This document shows, piece after piece, positions 21,051 through 29,184 of a stretch of DNA of 32,000 nt. Location of the stretch: assembly GCF_000146505.1 (NCBI RefSeq), contig NC_017448.1:1350001-1382000 (forward strand), in the 5' to 3' direction. The DNA comes from Fibrobacter succinogenes subsp. succinogenes S85 (GTDB lineage: Bacteria; Fibrobacterota; Fibrobacteria; Fibrobacterales; Fibrobacteraceae). Made by a program: the position numbers and the translations under genes. Positions within the stretch are counted from its first letter, which is position 1. Each line of letters starts with the position of its first letter. The notes under the pieces were generated by a model, which saw only the letters and a list, made by a program, of their open reading frames with translations, had not been told where the DNA came from and searched no databases.

Positions 21051-24000
21051 ATGTTTAGTAAAAAAGGTGTTTCTCTTGTAACAGTTCTCCTGTTTATGCT
21101 CGTCGCTACAATCGCAGCGACAGCGACATTCAAATGGCTCACTTCCGAGAACCGTTCTTCGGCAACGAGAATGCAGACTCAGGAAGCACGCCAGAGCGCC
21201 ATCGCCGGCATCCAAAGCACCAGAGCCTGGATGACCAACAACGCAAACGAAGTCGGCGCCCTTGTGCGCCAATACGTCCTCGGCGGGAAGCAGCCCATCT
21301 TGCTCAACAGCCGAGTTTCCCCGCACATCAGCAGCAAGCAGGATTTCAACGTCTGGCTGACCGGTGTTAGTGAAACCAACGGCTACTTCAAATTCAAAAT
21401 TCTCTCTGAAGGTATCGCACGCAACGATTCAAAGCACACCGAAGCAGCCATCATCAACGTTTCAGGGCTTTACCAAGTATCAATTCCAGAAATCGAAGAA
21501 GAGGAAACATACAAGAACATCGCCTACGACTACTCGTACTTTGGAGGTTCCATCTCGAACCATGGCGATGCCAAACTTTCATCCATGCTAATCAACGGAA
21601 ACTGGTCGGGAAACCCGATTGGCATTGACAAAAACATCATCATCACAGGACATGCCTCACTTTCCGGTGACAACGTCGATATTTACGGAACAGGTTGCAT
21701 CGGTGGAGACCTCTATACCGATAACGGAATAGAAGCCAAAAATCTCTACGTACACGGAACAGCTCATAAGTACGGTACAAAAAACAAACCTGGAAACCAA
21801 GGCGTATCAAACCACGCCTATTTTGACGGAATCGTTGAACAAGATGCCACAAAGCCATTCCTTGTTGGCGGCAACTTGACGATCAAGAATGTATTCAAAA
21901 CCCACATGGCATCCGGCAACAATCCGGTGACAATTAACGGAAACCTCTGTATTGATTCCGCAATATCCCAAATCCAGATTGGTGAAGCATCAGGAGCAAG
22001 CCCTAGCGATTTACAAAATTTTACCGTCAAAGGTGATGTTTGGGCTTCTCATACAAATGCGTTCTATACAAAAGGCGGCGATTTTCACGAATACTATTAC
22101 AAGCTCATTCTTGGCGAAAACGAAGGTTCTAAAGTTTATCTTCCGGACGCCTTCCACTCTAATGATTATGTCACAATGCGAAATTCCAAAACCTGGAATG
22201 ACTACATGCCCTATATCTATGTAGAAGCCGCTCCAAGCAAATACTACTTCTACCATGTGGAATCCGGTGTTACAGACGTCACCTACGACGGGTCCAAATA
22301 CTTTGTCGGTGGTTACCAGTACCCGCATCACTATAACTATAGCTACGTTCCAAGAAAACTATCTCCATACTGCAACAAGGATGAAAACTCTGAAAAACCA
22401 GTACTCCGCGTGACCCCCTGGTTTAAATCCAATGGGACACTTACGAACGAACACCAGGCCACTAAGCCCATTGCCTGCGCCGACTCCGTCAAGCAAGTCT
22501 GTTACGACATTTGGGAAGAAAAGCCGGGATGCGACGGAGCAAGCTTTAAGGTGGATGACATTTTAAAGACGGCTTACAGCCAGTTTGAAAAATACGCTGA
22601 TAGCGGCTGTGCAAAAGATATCACAACATTAAACGATAGTTTCCCTGAAGTAGCCAACACTTGCTATGACGACAACACCAAAGATGACTACAAGAAAAAG
22701 AACCACATGTACAACGGCTATCTCGTTGTAAAAATCGAGGCGAAACAGTTAAGTCAAAATTACGGAGACGGGCTCAAAGGAAAGTTCATCATCATAGTAA
22801 CTAACAAGCCGGGACAGGTCGCTTTTCCGCCTACAGAAGGAACAAATGATTACGTATTTCTCTACCTAACACAAGGTGCCGGTGAACTGATGGGGCTTGG
22901 TACGAGCAATTATAATTACTTCATCTACACCAAAGAAGACATCGGATCATCAACGTATAGTGAAACAACACATCAAATCACTCCTAGTGGCGGAATTCTT
23001 TTCAACCACGCATCCCTCAGCGGATCCGTGTATGCCGAAGTCGGAACAGGAACCAAATGCGCCAAAGTGGCCGCACTGACGTCCTCCAAGCCATTGCTAT
23101 TCAATCAAGACTTGATGAACAGCCTGACCATAAACCGCATCATTTGCGATGCCTCCGTTACAAACTGCGGTGGTGCGGCATTCTCATCATCGTCCTCGGC
23201 GGCTCCCATGAGTTCATCCGCATCCGAAGAAAGCATCAATGGCAAGGACCCCTACTATATCTCCATTGCGCCTCAGCTAAACGTTACGCTAGAATCACAA
23301 TACAAAGCTACAGAAGCAGCACCCGAAGACGCAAGCAACATCGACCCCTCCATTCTTGTGATTCCGCGAATCATTTACCTTTCCAAGAATGCAGCCGGAA
23401 AACTTGCTGATTATTATTCCGTCTTGAGTCTGAACGGCGCAAACGAAAACAAGAGCCCATCCAAAGTCAGTTGCAATGGCTCATTTTCGACAACAGAAAA
23501 GCTTTACACAGGAACAGAGCTGACTCCCGGAACATACACCTGTAACTACGCTTCAACAAATTACGGAACCGTTCCGTTCTATGTTGTTGTAAGCAACGCC
23601 AGCGGAGAGCTCCCGATCGTTTCGTTCCCAACAGCACCGCTAGACGTTCAGGCACTTAGCTTAAACTCCAGTGTCGATGTATCGGTACATATCGGCAAGG
23701 CCACCAACACTAGCGGGAAAATCAAATTTGACGTGGCCATAAACCAAGCCATCAATGGCTGGACTATAACGCCAAAGGCTGGTGTTACAGCACGCAGCGG
23801 AAGCGGAAGCGCCCTCTACTATACAGTCGAAGTCACCCCCAACGCCACAGCGGAACAGGACATCGAAATCTTTACGATATCCGCAAGCAGCAACGCCGAT
23901 GACGGAGACATGTACTTTACGCTCAGCGCACCGACAGAGCTTTGCCGACTCGTATCGGGTGCAGGCCTCAACCACCATGTTTATCTCAGAGCCCACACGA

Positions 24001-27000
24001 CCATCAACAAGGGCGAACTTTCCGATTACTGCGCCATCAACGATTGCGACGAAGACATGCAAGAAAAGAGCGAGCGCCCAGACTGCGAAATCAGCGACGA
24101 ATGGGTTATCGCTCATGGCACTGCCTGCAGCATCGTAGAAAAAAACTACAGCTGGAAATGCTTGACAAACACAGCCATTTCACTGGCATCCGTAAGTTCA
24201 GCCGACATCCCGCAAGCATGCGAGATTATCATTCCATCTACAAACAACACCATTACAACTCCTGTCGGCGGAGAAACAAGGAATCTATACGGATCCCTCA
24301 AGCGCAAAAAAGTCGAATTGATTGTCAACCTCAAGAACGCATTCGACAAGAGCACTTCCGTCACGTTTCAAGGGCAGTCCTACTCGCAGAGTGAAACTTG
24401 TACAAAGGAAAACAGCCCCTGCACATTCCACGTGCTGGCTGGCGAACAGTATGTATTCACGCACGAAGAATACGGCGAAGACCAGGGGAATTTCAATTAC
24501 TGGGCTTGCGAAGGCGACAACTGCACAAATCCGACAACGCATGAAGACGAGCCCACATTTACATTCTACGGGCCGCACACGATTTCTGCCGAATTTAACA
24601 AGGAATCGCATTGCTATTATGACGACTTCTCGAACATCGGTGCATTCTGCTCCAACGGCGATGAAAACTGCATAGACACTTGCGCAACAGCCCTTTCCAA
24701 GGGAACGCATTGCGCCCCGAAGAACAGCAAACAGCACAAGTCGCACTGGCTCATGACCTACCACAATAGCGGTTCGGGCAACAATGCCGACTATGTCCGT
24801 CCCAACTTCGGCGCCGGTTCCATTTTTGCGTCCAACACCAGCAACGCAAACAACCAGAGCGGAAAAGTTTCCGTCATCCTCAGAAACATGACGGCAGGGC
24901 TGTACGGAACGATGTTCTCTCTCGTCCAGACTTCCGTGCTTGAAAAAGCAAATTCCAATGACTTCCTCAATTCCGGTTTTATCTTCAGGAGCAACGGCAA
25001 TGAACACTTGATTTTGAACGTTTACGGAGTCAGCAAGCCTAACAATAGTGGCGAATTGACATTCCGCGTCTGCAAAGTCAGCGGGCAATCCATCAACAAT
25101 ACAAACAAGGGGTCCTGCCAGCTTGTCTCCAAGAAGGAAGGTTCATCTCCGCTCTCCATAACGAGCAACACATTTATTAAAGTCCGATTCACCATTGATG
25201 ACAACGACTTGCTGAGCATCACCGCCAAGGTCGATGACGACACCTGGGAGGGCGAGCTCAATGTCAGGGACTTCGGCTGTAACGATGCCGACAACGCATT
25301 CGTAGGCATCAGCCTAGCCGACCCCGATTTCAAGATTTACGACAACGGCTGGGTTCCTTCGTCATTCGATGAAACATGCTGGGACGTGCCAACCGTCACC
25401 TGCAACTTTGTTGACAAATACGAAATCGTCCCCCTTAACGATTACGTATCGCCGAAGGTTCTTATCTCTAGCTGGTTCTCCGAAAAGAACTGCTATACCG
25501 AATACTATTACAATGGTTGCGACAACGCGACATCCACTTGCGTAAACGGCACAGGAACCCCAGGCGAAATAGGCTCCAAGCTGAGTGGCGAAACATACAA
25601 GTTCACTCAGGACGGTCAACACGGCTACCTCATTGACGAAAACAAGAGAGCCCAGGACGCTTCCATCAAGGTGGTTTGCCCCGGTGATGCCGGCAGTCTT
25701 GACCTTGCCCAGGACTACTATAGTTGCGGTACGTTCCAAGTCGGGACTACACAGAACTGCATCCACGATTTTGAAATCTGGAACGAAACCCAGTACATGA
25801 GCGCGAACGTTCCGTACGAATTCCCAACGCCGAAAACCAACGGTGTCAACTTGCGCGAAGCCAAGCTCCATATCAACGTGAAAGTAGACGACATCAAAGA
25901 CGGCAACGATCTTGGAACAAACTTGAAAGTCTATTTGCAATCCGCCAACAAGATGCAGAGCTTGACAAGAACGATAAGCGCGGCTGGCCCGCACGACATA
26001 AACGTGGATGACCTCATCGGAACTACAGGATTCAACCCGGAACAGGTCACTAACGTCGTCATCACAAGCGACAACAGTATCAACATCGAAAAATTGCACA
26101 TCCACAGCAACTGTCCGAACAAGCTTGACCTCAAATGCGAACAAGCCGTTTACGACTATACCAAACTTGGATGGAAAATCAAAATCAATCCGCAAAAGGA
26201 CGGAGTCAAGTGCTCTTACACGTCTTCGGACATGAACATTGATTCCGAAACCGATGTCAACTGCAGCGATGTCGTTTATCTCCAATACAAAAATGGATAT
26301 GTCAACAACTGGATTATCTATAACGATTTGCCGACATTTACCGTAACAGCGACCAACAACTTCGGCTCCGAATCGTGTAGCATCAAGGGAGAAAGACCCG
26401 GGAACAACAACATCACCTGCAGCGTCCCGTCAGACCAACAGACAATCCCGTTCGATTCAAAGGCGCCGACATTCAACTTCAAGTTTGGCGAAAACGCCTA
26501 TGGATGGGATTACAACGTCACCTACAAGGCCTATTTAGACAATGAGGTTGTCAAAGAAGGCAGCGCCAAACTCGGCGCCCAGCAATCTTACACGCCTTCG
26601 GATTCCGACGTCAAGCCCTCAAGCGGAGCGCACACCTACAAGGTCGATTTCACCATCGGTGCCTGGACACAGTCCTGTAAGGCAACGTTCACTGTTGAAG
26701 ACAAGACAAAACAGGCTCCCACAATCAGCTCCTGCAGCGTTACGGACAACGGCAAATTCACGGCGGTTGTGAGTAACCCCGATGATGTCAATTACACTTA
26801 CACGTTTACCATCATGGACAACATAGGCAACAAGCTCGTTGACGGAGCGACAGGCACGGGGAACGAAACGAGCCTTGAGTACACATACGCTCCAGGAAAA
26901 GAGGGAACATATAGATACACTGTCAAAATCGGCGAAAGTTCCTGCACAAAGCAAAGGACAGTTTCTTCGCCCATTGAGCTCAAGTGCCAAGACATCACGG

Positions 27001-27548
27001 GACAGAACGCAAGCGACATGATTACCGTAAATCCGATAGTCAACAACTGCTCCGGCTGTACTTACAAGATATTTGACGGAGAACTGGAAAAGAGTTCAGA
27101 CCTAACATTCAGTGATCCCAATGCTACAGGGACAAAGAAATACCGCCTACGGGCTACAGACGAAAACGACAACGTAGCAAATTGCGATTTCAACGTTTCG
27201 TTTAACAGCGAAAGCAACCAGACTACGACACTTGTGCATAGCGACAATCCAAGCTGGGAGTACTTCGCAGAAGGGAGCCACAAGGTCAAATGCACCGGAA
27301 AACAATACTACGGTCACTTAGTATGCAAATGTCCAAATTCCGCATGGAATTACTACGACTGTAGAATGAAATACAATGGTACAGAAATCCGGGTATCCTC
27401 AAACCAGAGTGTTTCAGTAGATGGATCAAACTCACAGTGCTACAACAACTACGTGGCCACTATTGAAATCCTGTCGCCTTACACGACCGGATACAACAAC
27501 CAAACACTCACTCAAGGCCGCGGAATGTACTGCGCCCATACGTGGTAA
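21051..27548 (+). CDS. Giant (2165 aa) Cys-rich protein with PilX/GspK-like E5-less pilin N-terminus, G1
   Basis: ATG 21051 is preceded by GAGGAG (21038-21043); the 21036 start in the track is TTG. The N-terminus reads MFSKKG|VSLVTVLLFMLVATIAATATF, then RMQTQEARQSAIAGIQSTRAWM and FKFKILSEGIARN...AAIINVSGLY. The long extension has beta-helix-like, Ser-linker, lectin-like and Cys-bracketed repeat segments. Confidence 0.85.
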   Translation: MFSKKGVSLVTVLLFMLVATIAATATFKWLTSENRSSATRMQTQEARQSAIAGIQSTRAWMTNNANEVGALVRQYVLGGKQPILLNSRVSPHISSKQDFNVWLTGVSETNGYFKFKILSEGIARNDSKHTEAAIINVSGLYQVSIPEIEEEETYKNIAYDYSYFGGSISNHGDAKLSSMLINGNWSGNPIGIDKNIIITGHASLSGDNVDIYGTGCIGGDLYTDNGIEAKNLYVHGTAHKYGTKNKPGNQGVSNHAYFDGIVEQDATKPFLVGGNLTIKNVFKTHMASGNNPVTINGNLCIDSAISQIQIGEASGASPSDLQNFTVKGDVWASHTNAFYTKGGDFHEYYYKLILGENEGSKVYLPDAFHSNDYVTMRNSKTWNDYMPYIYVEAAPSKYYFYHVESGVTDVTYDGSKYFVGGYQYPHHYNYSYVPRKLSPYCNKDENSEKPVLRVTPWFKSNGTLTNEHQATKPIACADSVKQVCYDIWEEKPGCDGASFKVDDILKTAYSQFEKYADSGCAKDITTLNDSFPEVANTCYDDNTKDDYKKKNHMYNGYLVVKIEAKQLSQNYGDGLKGKFIIIVTNKPGQVAFPPTEGTNDYVFLYLTQGAGELMGLGTSNYNYFIYTKEDIGSSTYSETTHQITPSGGILFNHASLSGSVYAEVGTGTKCAKVAALTSSKPLLFNQDLMNSLTINRIICDASVTNCGGAAFSSSSSAAPMSSSASEESINGKDPYYISIAPQLNVTLESQYKATEAAPEDASNIDPSILVIPRIIYLSKNAAGKLADYYSVLSLNGANENKSPSKVSCNGSFSTTEKLYTGTELTPGTYTCNYASTNYGTVPFYVVVSNASGELPIVSFPTAPLDVQALSLNSSVDVSVHIGKATNTSGKIKFDVAINQAINGWTITPKAGVTARSGSGSALYYTVEVTPNATAEQDIEIFTISASSNADDGDMYFTLSAPTELCRLVSGAGLNHHVYLRAHTTINKGELSDYCAINDCDEDMQEKSERPDCEISDEWVIAHGTACSIVEKNYSWKCLTNTAISLASVSSADIPQACEIIIPSTNNTITTPVGGETRNLYGSLKRKKVELIVNLKNAFDKSTSVTFQGQSYSQSETCTKENSPCTFHVLAGEQYVFTHEEYGEDQGNFNYWACEGDNCTNPTTHEDEPTFTFYGPHTISAEFNKESHCYYDDFSNIGAFCSNGDENCIDTCATALSKGTHCAPKNSKQHKSHWLMTYHNSGSGNNADYVRPNFGAGSIFASNTSNANNQSGKVSVILRNMTAGLYGTMFSLVQTSVLEKANSNDFLNSGFIFRSNGNEHLILNVYGVSKPNNSGELTFRVCKVSGQSINNTNKGSCQLVSKKEGSSPLSITSNTFIKVRFTIDDNDLLSITAKVDDDTWEGELNVRDFGCNDADNAFVGISLADPDFKIYDNGWVPSSFDETCWDVPTVTCNFVDKYEIVPLNDYVSPKVLISSWFSEKNCYTEYYYNGCDNATSTCVNGTGTPGEIGSKLSGETYKFTQDGQHGYLIDENKRAQDASIKVVCPGDAGSLDLAQDYYSCGTFQVGTTQNCIHDFEIWNETQYMSANVPYEFPTPKTNGVNLREAKLHINVKVDDIKDGNDLGTNLKVYLQSANKMQSLTRTISAAGPHDINVDDLIGTTGFNPEQVTNVVITSDNSINIEKLHIHSNCPNKLDLKCEQAVYDYTKLGWKIKINPQKDGVKCSYTSSDMNIDSETDVNCSDVVYLQYKNGYVNNWIIYNDLPTFTVTATNNFGSESCSIKGERPGNNNITCSVPSDQQTIPFDSKAPTFNFKFGENAYGWDYNVTYKAYLDNEVVKEGSAKLGAQQSYTPSDSDVKPSSGAHTYKVDFTIGAWTQSCKATFTVEDKTKQAPTISSCSVTDNGKFTAVVSNPDDVNYTYTFTIMDNIGNKLVDGATGTGNETSLEYTYAPGKEGTYRYTVKIGESSCTKQRTVSSPIELKCQDITGQNASDMITVNPIVNNCSGCTYKIFDGELEKSSDLTFSDPNATGTKKYRLRATDENDNVANCDFNVSFNSESNQTTTLVHSDNPSWEYFAEGSHKVKCTGKQYYGHLVCKCPNSAWNYYDCRMKYNGTEIRVSSNQSVSVDGSNSQCYNNYVATIEILSPYTTGYNNQTLTQGRGMYCAHTW

Positions 27549-27574
27549 GCCTCCATTAAGAAACCAAAGTTTCC

Positions 27575-27603
27575 AAAGCTCCCCATTTGGGGAGCTTTTT
27601 TTT
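27575..27603 (+). terminator. Strong intrinsic terminator after G1
   Basis: AGCTCCCC (27577-27584) -attt- GGGGAGCT (27589-27596) followed by T7. Confidence 0.8.
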
Positions 27604-27672
27604 GTGATAAAGCCGACTTTTTCAAGTAAAAACAGACAATAAAAAAGAATTATTTACCGCTTTTACATACAT

Positions 27673-27687
27673 AAAACTTATCTTTAA
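27673..27687 (+). promoter_or_regulatory. Conserved cassette-upstream 15-mer AAAACTTATCTTTAA (copy 2)
   Basis: Identical to 19657-19671. It lies after the G1 terminator and before P2. Confidence 0.4.
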
Positions 27688-27754
27688 ACTAGAAATATCA
27701 TCATAATTGCATATTTTTATTGCAATTTCAAAAAAGGTGTCGTGAGGGTAGATA

Positions 27755-29176
27755 ATGGAGTTTTTTAGCCTAATGGCAAATAAAGGTACGAAAGTAAAGA
27801 TGCAACGCGCATCCGGTTTTACCCTCATTGAGCTGATGGTCTACATAGCCCTTCTTGGAGGTATCGTCCTCATCGCAGGCCAGGCGTTCAGCGACAGCTC
27901 CAAGATGCGAATGCGAACGCAGAGTATGTTGCAGGCTTCAGAAATAGCAGAAAAGGTGGCTGTAATATTCAAGGCAGATGTCGCACAGACTGGAGCGAAA
28001 ACGTCTATGGAAGATGGCACATCAGAATCTGGGGCGGAATACGGCAACAAATTCAGCAATATCTACACGAGCGTTTACATGGACCCAAGCGTTGACAATA
28101 AAGATTCGTCCTCATTTTCCGTCGTGACCAAAAACGGTTTCGACAGCCTTACCATTCGACGTTTGCGTTACGACGAATCCGGACATTACTCAGCCGTTGA
28201 GCAAATTGCCTGGTTCGTCCGAGACGGATCGCTGTGGCGCAACTGCAGAGTCCTAGAAAAGAAAACAACCCTCTCTGACGACGACCCCTGTACCGACGGC
28301 GCTACATCCGAGCCTAACAATATTGAAATGGCTTCAGGAGTAAGCAAATTCAAAGTTACACCAGGAAAGCCAAGCGTTGTAGGGGACAACATCCAATTAT
28401 TCCCAGGCGCAGGCGAATCCGAATTCAGGCTTGTCGGTAGAAATGACGGGGACCGCGAGATGCCGATTGTAACCAATGAAGCAGGAGAAACGCACAAAGG
28501 CGGAAGCACCCAAATTATATCGGGATTCTACCAGAACTACGACCAAAGCATGCAAACCATAAAAAGCGAAGCCGCCCGAAAGATCAACGAAGTTATCGCT
28601 GTCCGCAACGAGACGTACCCAGATTTTTCGTGGCAGACCCTTTGCGCCCAAGAAGGCAGCAACTTCACGTTTGAACCGAACAATGAGTACGAAATTTCAT
28701 TCGAAATTCTGCCCACCGACGAAAATGCAGACAAAAGCAAGTTATTCGTCCCTGGAGAAGACCACATGTCCGTTGGTTTGCGAAGTCTTGAGACTGGAGG
28801 CCCAATTACGTATGGAGACCCCGCCACAAAAATTAGTGATTTTGCCTTCTTCCCTCCTTTGGGCGTCAAAAGCGAAGGAAGCGGAGAACGCTCCATGCGT
28901 TTTTCAGTCCCTATCAAGATTACAAAAGCATGTCTCGCGTTCACGTTCGCCTGCTATTCCCCTCTCGTATCACAAGGGAAAATATCCATCTCAAAATTGA
29001 AAGTCCTAAAGATACCCAGTGCTAACTACAAATTCGAAAATTATGATTTCGAAGCAAACAAAATTGACAAGCAGAACGTAAAGGCGTTTCTGCTAGACCT
29101 GGATATCAGAATCAGAGGCGAATCTGGACATGTTGAATTGGTCGTTCCCACACCAAGTAACGGGCCGCGCGATTAG
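27755..29176 (+). CDS. Large prepilin-type N-terminal cleavage/methylation domain protein (PilW/GspJ-like minor pilin candidate), P2
   Basis: ...MQRASG|FTLIELMVYIALLGGIVLIAGQAF with Glu at +5. The best SD (GAGGG) serves ATG 27755. Alternative starts at 27773 and 27800 would give shorter leader peptides. The C-terminus reads ...PTPSNGPRD*. Confidence 0.85.
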   Translation: MEFFSLMANKGTKVKMQRASGFTLIELMVYIALLGGIVLIAGQAFSDSSKMRMRTQSMLQASEIAEKVAVIFKADVAQTGAKTSMEDGTSESGAEYGNKFSNIYTSVYMDPSVDNKDSSSFSVVTKNGFDSLTIRRLRYDESGHYSAVEQIAWFVRDGSLWRNCRVLEKKTTLSDDDPCTDGATSEPNNIEMASGVSKFKVTPGKPSVVGDNIQLFPGAGESEFRLVGRNDGDREMPIVTNEAGETHKGGSTQIISGFYQNYDQSMQTIKSEAARKINEVIAVRNETYPDFSWQTLCAQEGSNFTFEPNNEYEISFEILPTDENADKSKLFVPGEDHMSVGLRSLETGGPITYGDPATKISDFAFFPPLGVKSEGSGERSMRFSVPIKITKACLAFTFACYSPLVSQGKISISKLKVLKIPSANYKFENYDFEANKIDKQNVKAFLLDLDIRIRGESGHVELVVPTPSNGPRD

Positions 29177-29184
29177 GAGGATTT

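Noticed and set aside
24285-26285. 267-aa and 307-aa minus-strand ORFs inside G1, plus many smaller ones on both strands across 21-27.5 kb
   Set aside because: They are shadows of the 2165-aa plus-strand frame. That frame is uninterrupted for 6.5 kb and has a paralog (G2) that conserves the plus-strand protein sequence.
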